In this document: positions 18,595 through 28,406 of the stretch, one piece after another
Numbering within the stretch: the stretch's first letter is position 1
Layout: each line of letters opens with the position of its first letter
IMG/VR virus record: IMGVR_UViG_3300017978_000310
Coordinates: 1-63,296 of that record
Direction: 5' to 3' (one strand)
From: a virus
Lineage: Duplodnaviria; Caudoviricetes
Length of the DNA: 63,296 bases
Program-made: the position numbers and the translations under genes
Notes under the pieces: generated by a model
Database searches by the model: none
Told to the model about the DNA's origin: nothing
What the model saw: only the letters and a program-made list of their open reading frames with translations

Positions 18595-21500
18595 ATGGCA
18601 AAACAACCTGTTAAACAGAAAGTAGCAACATTAGATGAATTACCTGCTTTTGAAACAGCTACCTTAGATGAATTACCTGATTTTGGTGAACCTGTAAAAA
18701 AAAAAGGCCAACCTCAGTTAGTAAAACCTACTACTTCGGTTTCAAGTTCTGTATCGCAACCTACGAAGCCTTCTTCGGAATTACCTGGTCAAGTGGTGTC
18801 TGGACCATCGGCATCATTCACAGCCGCACCAACTAAAAAGAAAGAAACTCCTAAGCCTGTAACTCAGAGTGAGGGTACTTTATTGCAACCAACTAAAACT
18901 AAAGAAGGATTAGATGTTGCAGGTAGATTTGACGTGTTTAAAAAAGGATGGAAGAATCTTGATACAGACATTTCAACTAATGTCAATCGTCAACGTCAAT
19001 TACAGCAGACTCAAATGAAAGACTTGACTTATTCTGCTAATAAATTAGAGCAGGATAAGAATAAATTTCAACAGCGTGTTGATCAATTTGAGCAAGAATA
19101 TAATGCTGATAAAACAAATCCTGAATTAATCAAAAGACAAAAGGAATTACAGAAAGAGCAAGAGAAAATAAATGCTCGGTTAGATGCATTTAAATTTCAA
19201 AAAGATGCTTTAGAAAAAAGCGATGCTGTTGTTTCTCAAACAATCAAGGATAAGAATGCTACCATTGGTGAATTAGAAAACTTTGGTAACAAACTAAGGG
19301 GAGCAGGGGCACAAGTAATTGCTATGTTTGATGCTATCCCAGCATATGCATCTAATTTAGCACTTGATTTACAATTGGCAGCTTACGGACAAACAGATGA
19401 GTTTAATAAACTTCCTGCTGCCGCAAAACAAGAAGTCCGTAACATAGTATTAGGAAATGCAAACCCTGCTTATAAGGGATCGCAAATGGCCTATGATTAT
19501 TGGAATAATTTATCCGAAAAAATTCTTGAAAAAACAATCGAACAAGAAGGTGATTTGTTTGATGATATCGCAAGTTTTGCATCTAAGCCATCTGTTGAAA
19601 ATGCAGGCAATGTAGTGCGTAGAGCTACATCTGGATTAGCTGAAGCTATTCCTTACATGGCACAAGGTTTAATGCCTGGAGGTTTAGTAACCATGGGTAT
19701 TACTTCGGCCGCAGGAAAGAGAATGGAAGATATAGATGAGGATGGTAATGCTGGACTTGGATATGCTTTAACATCAGGTATCCATGGAACTGCGGAGGCT
19801 TTCTTTGAAGGAAAGACAAATGAAATATTAAAGAAGGCTGGTGCAAGGATAATGGGAAATCCTAAAGCTTTAAAAGAGTTAAATACAGGTTTGTGGAGAG
19901 AGATACTTAAAGACTTTAATGAAGAAGGTTTATCAGAAGGATTTACCACATTATTTCAAGATACTCAAGATAAAATAAATAAAGGGGAATCTATAGATTT
20001 AGTAAAACTTGCTCGCAAGATTGGAGAAAGTTATGTGATGGGTGGTGTTATTGGAGGAGGAATTACTGGTGCTGGTGGCACATTAAAGGGTTCATTCAAT
20101 AAATTAAAAGAATCTATTGCAGGTAAAAACTTATTAACAAATGCTGTAATTACACCAGAAGATAAGAAGCGTTTAGAAGAAATTAGAGACACTACTCAAG
20201 ATTTATCAACACAAAAAGCTGATGATAACGACCCTGTTGTTAATCAAGTTATTGATGAAAAGTTAAATGATCTTGAAGCAGAGTATCGTGAGATTACCAC
20301 AAAGTATGATAATGTTGTTGAAGGATTAACAGAAGAACAAGCTCGTGATTTATTTAATGTCGATGATAAAATTGATGAGATAAGAACACGTGCAGAAGCT
20401 ATTAAGAATGATCCTAATTTAACAGAGGATGCCAAGAAATTATTGTGGCAAAAACTTAAACAAGAATTTGAACCATTAAAACAACAAAGAGATGCCATTC
20501 AAAAGCAAGCAACAAGTGAAGTACCTGTACAGCCAGAAGCCGGAGGTAGCCTCCAAATGGCGGAAGGAGAACCCCAAGCAGAACCTCAAGTCCCTGCCGA
20601 AGAAGGTAAAGTCGAAAAAATAGGACAAGCCTTAGATTCAGATAATACATTTACCATGCGTGGCAATGAGGGTAACCTTTTTGTTGATGACAATGGATTA
20701 GTATTATTTGAGTCAGGAGATGAGATTGTTGAACTTGGTAACATTGCCGATTTAAGTGAGTCGGATCTTAAGGACTTTGGAATAGAGCCTAAAACTCCTG
20801 TGCCTATTGAGATTGGCGAGGATGGATCAATTCAAGTTGCAGGGAAGAAATATGTTAATGTTGCTGAGGCTCCTATGGATGCGATTACATTTGATCAAGA
20901 TGGCAATGTTAAAGCAGTAAGATTAGAAACCGAGAATGGACAAAGTCGTTTCTTTAGAGGAAAGCGTGCTGAGTCTATTGCTTATCAATATACACTACAA
21001 AATTTTGAGAATAATGCAACAGACGAGCAAATCGACAATGCCATCAACCAGGCAACAGAAATTGCAACAACTGAAGGACCAGTTGAGCAAGTTACAGCCG
21101 AAGGACCAATTGAGGTTGTTGAGCCTACCGAAGAAGTCGTAGTAGAAGAAGGAAAACAAAAATCACCTCCATCGGCTAAGAAAATTTTAGGTATTAAGCC
21201 TAAAAAAGTTACAGTAGATGAGATGGCATCTTTAAAGGGCCAATTAAGACTTCAAGCTAAAGCTGCTAAGACTGCTTACGACTTTGCTGAATCAGCAAGA
21301 AAGTTAGTGGCAACCTACATTAAAAATAATGTACAAGGTGCTCTATCCCCTGCCGATCAAAAAGCTATCTTCCGTGCTATGGAGGGTAAGCTTGATACGC
21401 CTGAGAACAAGAAGAAGATGATCGATAAGATTACTGGAATCTTGCAAAAGTCTGAGGGCAAGATTGCAATCAAAGAACTTGATGCTCTTGGTCGTATGCT

Positions 21501-24500
21501 TAAGTCTATGGAAAAGGGCTCCAAGTTAGGGGCTAAGGCTGTTGCTGATCAAATCAAATCCGTTGTCGATACAATCAAAGCAATGGGTGTTAAAAATAGA
21601 CTTAAGGCTGCCCAAGTAAAATTGTTGCTTAATGGAATGAAAAAGAATTTAATGAACGCAACTGTTCGTGATAAATTCTTAGCAAGTGCACAGCGAGTTC
21701 TTAATAATGCAGCATATGCAGAGCAGGTTACAGAGGCTCAAAAGTTAAGAGGAAAGTTACGCAAGATGCTAAAGACAGGCAAAGAGATTGCCGAAGTCGA
21801 GCAGTCTGTTCGTAACTTCTTGAAACTTGATCCTAAAATGGTTGAGGATATTGAAGAGTATATGGATTATGCTACTGAGATATTTGATGCCATTAGAAAC
21901 GTACAGGTTAAAGATGGAAAGGTATTAGGTAAACGTGCTGCTGTATTAGCTAACATTGATGCATATGCTACTGAACAGAATGCAATACAAGATGAGATTA
22001 ATAAGAACTACTTATTAGATGAATACAACTATCTAGTTGAAGCAGGTTTGATTAGTGGAGATATGTCATTGGATGAAATTCAATCATATATAGCATCTGT
22101 TGAAGAAAATCCAGAAAGTTCCGAGTCGACTAAGTCTGATACAATTAGAGAGTTCACCAAGAATGCGTTTGAAGGATTCGCTAATACAGTTAATGAAATG
22201 ATTGAGGATGGTGAAATTGAAGAGCAGGATGTAGATTTTGATATGGTGAAGAAATTCACAGAGATGGACATTGAGGCTCTTCCTTTAGACCAACAATTAG
22301 CAGCTGTAGAATCCCTTGAAAACTTTATTGTTAATGGAGTTACAAGTCGTATGGGTGCCATATTGCAAGGATATACTGGAGTATCAAATGCTGTAAACGA
22401 TGCCAAATCAGGCATGAAAGCTAGACCATTATCATACGGATTAATTGGACGAATAGGATACTTAAAGCAGTTAGCAAACAAAGGAATTACTGGAAATTTA
22501 TTAAAAGGTATTGCATCAATTGGGGATGCATACAATGAAATAATGGCAACCTATATTTCTAAAGCTGATTCATTGGTTGTAAGTGTATTTCGTAGCACCA
22601 AACTTGGAATGAGATTTATGAAAAACTCTGGATTCGCAGGCGTTGTTCGTGGTTTTGTTGAAGGCAAAAAGATTGCTAACAATTTTGCTAAAAAGTACTC
22701 AGAGAAGTTTGATGGATCTAAGCCAAATGGTATGGATTTTAAATCTGCTTTAAACATTTACGAGCGTGGTATTTTCGCTGACTTATCTAGAACCATTCTG
22801 AATGGGACTACTGAACAAATTCAAAAAGAATTTAATCGTAAGAAGAAGCAATTAGAACTTACAATTAAAACTCTTCGTGAATCAGGTAAGCAAGAATTGA
22901 TTGATAAGGCAGATCTTTATGATTCTATTTATCAGAAAATTAAAGATGCTAAAAGCATTGAAGATGTTAAGCAAAATGTTGACCCAATCAATCAGGCTGC
23001 TGTAAAAGAGGTTCAGGATATGTGGAGAAAATACTATCCTGAGTTCAGAAGAATGGCAGCTGATTATTACAATGTAATTTTAGAAGAGGATGTAGACTAT
23101 TCTCCAGATATGTACGAAAAATTGTCGGAAGAAATATCTGATGACTTAATTACAAAAGGTGCATTTAAAATGGCGTTTGATTTAGTAAGCACAGAGAAGA
23201 CTGGCACTTTGCAGAAAAACAAAAGAATTGAGGGACTTCCAAAAAATTCTAAAACAAAAGAAATAAATCGTGTTAGGGATTATGACTTTGATTTCAATAA
23301 CATATCTGCGTTAGAAAAAACTTTAATCGATGTAAGAACAACACCATCTGTTCAGCAGTTTATGGGTTACACAAACTCAGCTTCATTCAGGGAGATATTT
23401 CCTGATATGGATGAGAGAGCGTTAATCTTGAAGCGATTAAACTTTAATATTAATGCATTGCGTGAACGACAAGATACGTATTCTTCTAAGTTAGCACGTA
23501 AATTAAATAAGATTACTACAGCACTTAGTAAGTATGGTACTCGTATTGGTTTAGGATCGTTATCTTCTGCCCCTAAACAATCAATCCCAATGGTAGCAAA
23601 TACAGCTATTAATATGATTAATGACTTGGGAAGCTTTGGGATGGGTATTGCAGATTTTTGGAATGATGATGCAATGGCATTCTTAGAGAACTCCGGGTAT
23701 GGAATCTCGTTGCGTGGTGCTGAATCTCAGACATCAATTGACTTTGCGGAAAAGTTGGTTGACCGTGCTAACCAAGGCAAAGTGGGTAATATTCAACAAG
23801 CTTTATCTAAGCTAGGTGATATGTACATCGAAAAATTCCTAAAGAATCCTGACGTGTTTGTAGCTAACATGGCTTGGTTAGGATATTATAGAAGTAAATT
23901 AAAGTCAATGGGTGTTGACATGAACACATTTGATTGGAAGAATCATGAGTTGAATGAGGAGGCAGCTGACTATGCTGAATTTATGGTTCAGGATCAGCAG
24001 AATATGAACATATCTGAATTGGGTGGTAAGTTGTTGGCATCAAAAGATGCTACGACTAAAATCATTCGTCAGTTATTGTTCCCATTTGCTTCTTATCAAT
24101 TTAACTTAAAAGATAAGAACAATAGAAACTTGACTTTATTAACATCTAAGACATCAACGAACGAAGAAAAAGTAAACGCTACTAAATCCTATGTGGCTGG
24201 ATTGGTCGAGTCGTATACATTCCAAACTATCCAAGGTTTAATTGGTAGTTTGTTACTAGGTGCTGCATATTCAGCAATCGGATACGATCAACCAGAAGAA
24301 GAGAAGACAGAAGGTGTCTTAGATGCCTTAGCTAAAGCGATGCCATTCCTTAGATCAAAATCTTCTAGTGAGAAATGGAATGATAGTTTGTTTACAGGTA
24401 AAAGTATATTTGAATTTGTAACACCATTGCCATTACCTGGTACACTTGAAACCTACACATTATTAGGTTTAAATAGCCTAATGGACATGGCTCAAGGAGG

Positions 24501-24993
24501 ATCACCAAAAGAACAAGCTAAAGCCAAAAAAGAATTATTAAAACAACAGGAAAATTTATCTGGATTTAAACCAAGAAGAGGTAAAAAACTTTTTGGTGAG
24601 CCTGTAGTAGATAAGGAGAAAGCAAAGATTGAAGAAAGATTGGAAGAGCCATTCAGATTCCCTGTTAAAGAAGAACAGCGTGTTAGCCAAACAGTTGGAG
24701 ATATTATGGGTGGTGTGCCGAGTGTTGGTATCGAGGCTGTTTGGGATATGGGAGTTAGAGCAGGTGAAGCTTATGGAGATTCTTATGAAGATAAATACGG
24801 CAACGTATATGAATACTCAGATGAGCAGAAAAAGATTCTTAAGACATCATTAATCCCTAGAGCTATGGTGGCAATGAATATTGCTCCAAGAGAATTCTTA
24901 ACTATCTCTAATAACATCGTCAAGGCTGTAAACCAAAAAGCTAAAGAGGATACTAAAGCAAAAAAAGAGAAAGAAAAAAGTGGTGGATTCTAA
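18595..24993 (+). CDS. Giant internal virion/ejection protein
   Basis: 2132 aa, helical, Gly-rich hydrophobic patches, last gene of the structural operon. Confidence 0.6.
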   Translation: MAKQPVKQKVATLDELPAFETATLDELPDFGEPVKKKGQPQLVKPTTSVSSSVSQPTKPSSELPGQVVSGPSASFTAAPTKKKETPKPVTQSEGTLLQPTKTKEGLDVAGRFDVFKKGWKNLDTDISTNVNRQRQLQQTQMKDLTYSANKLEQDKNKFQQRVDQFEQEYNADKTNPELIKRQKELQKEQEKINARLDAFKFQKDALEKSDAVVSQTIKDKNATIGELENFGNKLRGAGAQVIAMFDAIPAYASNLALDLQLAAYGQTDEFNKLPAAAKQEVRNIVLGNANPAYKGSQMAYDYWNNLSEKILEKTIEQEGDLFDDIASFASKPSVENAGNVVRRATSGLAEAIPYMAQGLMPGGLVTMGITSAAGKRMEDIDEDGNAGLGYALTSGIHGTAEAFFEGKTNEILKKAGARIMGNPKALKELNTGLWREILKDFNEEGLSEGFTTLFQDTQDKINKGESIDLVKLARKIGESYVMGGVIGGGITGAGGTLKGSFNKLKESIAGKNLLTNAVITPEDKKRLEEIRDTTQDLSTQKADDNDPVVNQVIDEKLNDLEAEYREITTKYDNVVEGLTEEQARDLFNVDDKIDEIRTRAEAIKNDPNLTEDAKKLLWQKLKQEFEPLKQQRDAIQKQATSEVPVQPEAGGSLQMAEGEPQAEPQVPAEEGKVEKIGQALDSDNTFTMRGNEGNLFVDDNGLVLFESGDEIVELGNIADLSESDLKDFGIEPKTPVPIEIGEDGSIQVAGKKYVNVAEAPMDAITFDQDGNVKAVRLETENGQSRFFRGKRAESIAYQYTLQNFENNATDEQIDNAINQATEIATTEGPVEQVTAEGPIEVVEPTEEVVVEEGKQKSPPSAKKILGIKPKKVTVDEMASLKGQLRLQAKAAKTAYDFAESARKLVATYIKNNVQGALSPADQKAIFRAMEGKLDTPENKKKMIDKITGILQKSEGKIAIKELDALGRMLKSMEKGSKLGAKAVADQIKSVVDTIKAMGVKNRLKAAQVKLLLNGMKKNLMNATVRDKFLASAQRVLNNAAYAEQVTEAQKLRGKLRKMLKTGKEIAEVEQSVRNFLKLDPKMVEDIEEYMDYATEIFDAIRNVQVKDGKVLGKRAAVLANIDAYATEQNAIQDEINKNYLLDEYNYLVEAGLISGDMSLDEIQSYIASVEENPESSESTKSDTIREFTKNAFEGFANTVNEMIEDGEIEEQDVDFDMVKKFTEMDIEALPLDQQLAAVESLENFIVNGVTSRMGAILQGYTGVSNAVNDAKSGMKARPLSYGLIGRIGYLKQLANKGITGNLLKGIASIGDAYNEIMATYISKADSLVVSVFRSTKLGMRFMKNSGFAGVVRGFVEGKKIANNFAKKYSEKFDGSKPNGMDFKSALNIYERGIFADLSRTILNGTTEQIQKEFNRKKKQLELTIKTLRESGKQELIDKADLYDSIYQKIKDAKSIEDVKQNVDPINQAAVKEVQDMWRKYYPEFRRMAADYYNVILEEDVDYSPDMYEKLSEEISDDLITKGAFKMAFDLVSTEKTGTLQKNKRIEGLPKNSKTKEINRVRDYDFDFNNISALEKTLIDVRTTPSVQQFMGYTNSASFREIFPDMDERALILKRLNFNINALRERQDTYSSKLARKLNKITTALSKYGTRIGLGSLSSAPKQSIPMVANTAINMINDLGSFGMGIADFWNDDAMAFLENSGYGISLRGAESQTSIDFAEKLVDRANQGKVGNIQQALSKLGDMYIEKFLKNPDVFVANMAWLGYYRSKLKSMGVDMNTFDWKNHELNEEAADYAEFMVQDQQNMNISELGGKLLASKDATTKIIRQLLFPFASYQFNLKDKNNRNLTLLTSKTSTNEEKVNATKSYVAGLVESYTFQTIQGLIGSLLLGAAYSAIGYDQPEEEKTEGVLDALAKAMPFLRSKSSSEKWNDSLFTGKSIFEFVTPLPLPGTLETYTLLGLNSLMDMAQGGSPKEQAKAKKELLKQQENLSGFKPRRGKKLFGEPVVDKEKAKIEERLEEPFRFPVKEEQRVSQTVGDIMGGVPSVGIEAVWDMGVRAGEAYGDSYEDKYGNVYEYSDEQKKILKTSLIPRAMVAMNIAPREFLTISNNIVKAVNQKAKEDTKAKKEKEKSGGF
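20492..20623 (+). CDS. Small basic protein nested in the +1 frame of the giant ejection gene
   Basis: MPFKSKQQVKYLYSQKPEVASKWRKENPKQNLKSLPKKVKSKK*; A-rich upstream; local GC rise; resembles stand-alone MPFKSK.. phage mini-proteins. Confidence 0.6.
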   Translation: MPFKSKQQVKYLYSQKPEVASKWRKENPKQNLKSLPKKVKSKK

Positions 24994-25002
24994 AATAAAA
25001 AT

Positions 25003-25024
25003 GGGGACCATGAGTCCCCTTTTT
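25003..25024. terminator. Terminator at the convergence of the two transcription arms, probably bidirectional
   Basis: GGGGAC-CATGA-GTCCCC flanked by A and T tracts. Confidence 0.75.
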
Positions 25025-25072
25025 ACTTAACAAAAACCTTACTCAAAACATACTATGAAAAAACGCAATTTA

Positions 25073-25291
25073 TTAATCTATTAATTTAGAAATAAAACTT
25101 TGCTCAATAATGTCCTCTTGATTTTTCTTGGCACGAACGATAGCATTGTTTAATTCAACATTAGATAACATCAATGGGATTGTTGCTCCAGAGATATTAC
25201 TCTTCACCCAAACAAAATGATAATTCTCTAATTCAGAGGATTTCTTGTTTTTGTTGTTAATGTAATTCAGATGTCCAATTCTTGTTTTCAT
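25073..25291 (-). CDS. Hypothetical protein
   Basis: 72 aa; TAAATTTG box at 25296-25303 on the minus strand. Confidence 0.6.
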   Translation of the reverse strand: MKTRIGHLNYINNKNKKSSELENYHFVWVKSNISGATIPLMLSNVELNNAIVRAKKNQEDIIEQSFISKLID

Positions 25292-25300
25292 AATGCAAAT

Positions 25301-26497
25301 TTACAATTTCTTTTTTAAATCAAAATAATAATCTGTGTGAGATATCTCTCCATTAAATTTAGGAATAGTTTGAATAGAATATCCACTATAACAATCTCCA
25401 AAGTTATGTGACACCCAAGCAGATGGAGGTGCAAAGGTCATATAGTTTCGATAGTCAAATTTCTTTGTCCGATCGTAACCTATCCTATGAAGGTCTCCTT
25501 TCTCAACGTGGATGTATTTTGTGTTTATGTTGTAATGGTCAATATAATCATTAATAAATGATACAGCCTTGTCATTTAGATTGTAAGGCAATCCTTTGAA
25601 CATATGCTTGGCATCCTTTCCGTGCGTTAAGATAAACGTGTGGTCACCATATTGGAAGTGCTCCATGAACCTGTTAAGGATATGGAACTTAACATCCTCG
25701 TTTGAATATGTACGATTAAGTAGCATCTGTATGGTCATATTCGCAATAGATGCGAACGATCCACTATGGTTATCATTTGCTACATTCCGAACAATAACTT
25801 CGTTAGCAATGCCAGCTCGTATGCAATTCTCGATAAGAGCAAGTTTGCCTTCAACAAAAACTCTAAACATTTCCTCATTTGACATATTCTGGTCTAAAGG
25901 ATGACCGCCTCGAGTAGTATGGCCGTTCCAACCATCAAGACCATCGCCAAGATCATCAATAACAAGTATATCAAATCTTCCTTGATTATCATATTCCTTA
26001 CAGAGCGAATTAAATACTTTGTCAAGGTTTTGTTTGAAAATGGCTTCATTATACTCATATGCAAATAGTGATGTCCCTCCAGGGTTAGGCTCCAAGCCAA
26101 CGTGCATATCTGACACGGTTGCTTTAATTGCCACAGGAGAGTTGATTTTTATTTTCGGGATAGATTGTATCTTCTCTGGATTATAGTTGCTGACGATGTC
26201 ACGAATGACGTCTATCATAGCTTCTGCTTGCTCGTTGTCGGAGACTTTAACAAATGCGGAGTGGGTTTTAGTTTTGACCCAATAGTGCGTTACGTTTGTA
26301 ACCGGTGCACCTACTTCATCACACTCATCTTTGAGGCCGGAGTGCTCGCTCTCAATTATCTTTCTTGAAATCCTTTTGCGTAATGTCTCAATATCTGAAT
26401 CGAGATTAAACTTTTCTTTTACTTCTCTAGCAATCTCAGCTTTAGTCCGTGTCCCTTCTTGGTACAACTCTATAGCGTACTTGATGTAGTCTGTCAT
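25301..26497 (-). CDS. Calcineurin-like metallophosphoesterase with N-terminal HTH-like region
   Basis: SDMHVG, DLGDGLDG, NDNHS, THG and GDLH motifs. Confidence 0.8.
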   Translation of the reverse strand: MTDYIKYAIELYQEGTRTKAEIAREVKEKFNLDSDIETLRKRISRKIIESEHSGLKDECDEVGAPVTNVTHYWVKTKTHSAFVKVSDNEQAEAMIDVIRDIVSNYNPEKIQSIPKIKINSPVAIKATVSDMHVGLEPNPGGTSLFAYEYNEAIFKQNLDKVFNSLCKEYDNQGRFDILVIDDLGDGLDGWNGHTTRGGHPLDQNMSNEEMFRVFVEGKLALIENCIRAGIANEVIVRNVANDNHSGSFASIANMTIQMLLNRTYSNEDVKFHILNRFMEHFQYGDHTFILTHGKDAKHMFKGLPYNLNDKAVSFINDYIDHYNINTKYIHVEKGDLHRIGYDRTKKFDYRNYMTFAPPSAWVSHNFGDCYSGYSIQTIPKFNGEISHTDYYFDLKKKL

Positions 26498-26651
26498 TTT
26501 GGAGTTTGGTTAAATATTCGATTAGGATTTGGGTAGAGTCGTAGAGATCCTCGTACTCCTTGTCGATTAGAGATTCATAAATTTCATCAGTTATTTTATT
26601 GATGAAACTCATCGTTGTATTTGTAAAATCTATATGTTCTTTATCTTTCAT
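26442..26651 (-). CDS. Hypothetical protein
   Basis: 69-aa ORF coupled to the phosphoesterase. Confidence 0.55.
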   Translation of the reverse strand: MKDKEHIDFTNTTMSFINKITDEIYESLIDKEYEDLYDSTQILIEYLTKLQNDRLHQVRYRVVPRRDTD

Positions 26652-26656
26652 TGCTT

Positions 26657-26698
26657 AAAAAAATAGGGAGACTGTAAACGAAAAAACCAGCCTCCCTA
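26657..26698 (-). terminator. Terminator-like hairpin just before ATG 26651
   Basis: Minus strand TAGGGAGGCTG-13 nt-CAGTCTCCCTA-T7. Confidence 0.7.
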
Positions 26699-26805
26699 AC
26701 TAATCGCATTTAACCCAGATAAATTTAACAAATAAAATAATAAGTTGTATACCTATATGCGTATAAATATTAAAATTTCGCAAGTTTTATACTTTTTAAG
26801 GTACA

Positions 26806-26844
26806 AAATGAGGGGTAAGCAGTTCTTACGGTTTGTTTACCCCT
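26806..26844 (-). terminator. Hairpin ending the replication operon
   Basis: Minus strand AGGGGTAAACA..TGCTTACCCCT-CATTTT just after a stop codon. Confidence 0.6.
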
Positions 26845-26845
26845 A

Positions 26846-26986
26846 CTATTGTATACTAACAATAAACTCTAAGGTCTCAATAATCTTATCAATGCTCATG
26901 CCTGTAGTGAGTATATCAAACTCGGCAACGTATCCATTCTCATGAACAACACGAAAGTAAATACTATTTCTTTTTCCTTTGGACAT
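26846..26986 (-). CDS. Small hypothetical protein (46 aa, not in ORF track)
   Basis: MSKGKRNSIYFRVVHENGYVAEFDILTTGMSIDKIIETLEFIVSIQ fills the gap before the hairpin. Confidence 0.5.
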   Translation of the reverse strand: MSKGKRNSIYFRVVHENGYVAEFDILTTGMSIDKIIETLEFIVSIQ

Positions 26987-27248
26987 TTTTAGCAGCGAGC
27001 ATAAACTCAGTTAAAGATTGAATGTCATCGAAGTAGTACTCATAATAATCAAATAACTCTACCTTCCATTTAGAGTTGATAACCTCATCGTTGGCATTAG
27101 AGATTAAGCATGGGCCATCTCCCTCAAAAAGATTAATCACATAATAATAGAAATCATTATCACCTCCATGCTCATGCTTGCTAACAAAAACCATATTGAA
27201 GCCAAGGTCTATTAGATCCTGCTCTTCTATTTCTTTTTTTCCTATCAT
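26964..27248 (-). CDS. Hypothetical protein
   Basis: 94 aa, ATGA-coupled. Confidence 0.6.
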   Translation of the reverse strand: MIGKKEIEEQDLIDLGFNMVFVSKHEHGGDNDFYYYVINLFEGDGPCLISNANDEVINSKWKVELFDYYEYYFDDIQSLTEFMLAAKNVQRKKK

Positions 27249-27598
27249 TCTATTCCGTAAGTTTTTAGTAAAATGTTTAGTTGCGTATCAAACCCCTGTA
27301 CTTTAATCGGGTCTAGCTCTTGAAGTTTTAACCCAATACGAAAGAACTCTTTCATTCTCTCAGCCGCCTCAACGTGCTGATCGACTGCCTTCTCCCAATC
27401 TGGCTTATCGCAATCCTCCATAGGCAGGATTTTAGATATCTGCTTATTAATCGTGCGTATAAGCTCCCAGGTTCTCTCTTTGATAATGGGCTTATCAAAT
27501 GGCTTAGATTTAAAATCTAAATCATCTGCCATCTCATATGTTGTTTGCAGTAATGCCAAGAACATAAGAGCATTTTCTTTCTCAGTCTTGGTTAGCAT
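27245..27598 (-). CDS. Hypothetical protein
   Basis: 117 aa within a tightly packed operon. Confidence 0.6.
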   Translation of the reverse strand: MLTKTEKENALMFLALLQTTYEMADDLDFKSKPFDKPIIKERTWELIRTINKQISKILPMEDCDKPDWEKAVDQHVEAAERMKEFFRIGLKLQELDPIKVQGFDTQLNILLKTYGIE

Positions 27599-27809
27599 AT
27601 TTCTCTAGGAGTTTATCAAACTGAGCTTTAGTAATTTTAACGTGCTTTCTTCTGATAAAGAATGCTTCGATACGATCGGTAGCTGCCCCAAGGCACCATC
27701 TCTTTACACCTTCTTTGGTGTAGTGGTCATGGTACAATCGGTCATAGTTAATCTCGATTGCTTCATTTGCATCTTCTGTTTTGTAATAAATTAAATTGGT
27801 CTTTTTCAT
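27582..27809 (-). CDS. Hypothetical protein
   Basis: 75 aa, ATGA-coupled. Confidence 0.55.
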   Translation of the reverse strand: MKKTNLIYYKTEDANEAIEINYDRLYHDHYTKEGVKRWCLGAATDRIEAFFIRRKHVKITKAQFDKLLEKYANQD

Positions 27810-28177
27810 AATACACTATATTTAAGTAAAATTCTTTTTGTTTCGCTATTTTTAATTATCTGATTACCTACTAATACATTATCAAGAAATTCATCTATTT
27901 CAATTCTTTCTAGTTCATCTATAACAAACATATCTCGTTCTACATCACCATCTAATTCTATAAGACCTTTGCCTACATTCATCTTAAAGTATTCTGGAAT
28001 TTCGCCCATGGTAGCAAATACAATAGTTGTTTCGTCATCGAACTCATTATCAAAATGAATAATAGAATCCATTACTTGATCCATCTTGTCATCGTTGAAA
28101 GACTCAACCCATTTAAATAGACTAGACGATATTGCTATCAAGTCTGTCTCCTCTAAAAACTTCAGTTCTAAATCCAT
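27806..28177 (-). CDS. Hypothetical acidic protein
   Basis: Start moved to MDLELK to reduce overlap with VRR-NUC. Confidence 0.55.
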   Translation of the reverse strand: MDLELKFLEETDLIAISSSLFKWVESFNDDKMDQVMDSIIHFDNEFDDETTIVFATMGEIPEYFKMNVGKGLIELDGDVERDMFVIDELERIEIDEFLDNVLVGNQIIKNSETKRILLKYSVL

Positions 28178-28388
28178 AATCTTGTAATTCTTTGAGTCTA
28201 AATTCCTGTAATTTTGATAGCCTACCTGTAGGCGTTTTGACTTCGGAGAATAAGACTCCCTTGTCAGGGTGAAGAGCCAAGATATCAGGAAGGCCATTCT
28301 TGTTTGCCTTGATAATCTTGATGACATAGTATCCTTCTGATTCAAGTTGCTTAATACGTTTAGATTGTATCTGCTGTTCAGTTGCCAT
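28122..28388 (-). CDS. VRR-NUC nuclease (Holliday junction resolvase-like)
   Basis: TEQQIQ..GLPDIL..FSEVKTPTGRLSKLQ. Confidence 0.85.
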   Translation of the reverse strand: MATEQQIQSKRIKQLESEGYYVIKIIKANKNGLPDILALHPDKGVLFSEVKTPTGRLSKLQEFRLKELQDYGFRTEVFRGDRLDSNIV

Positions 28389-28406
28389 TGCTTTGCTAAA
28401 TTATAA

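Noticed and set aside
18595-24993. Virion RNA polymerase as in crAss-like phages (similar size; DVDFD and DYDFD strings)
   Set aside because: The strings lack the G.DFD.D context, and the protein looks all-helical; a structure search is needed to exclude it fully
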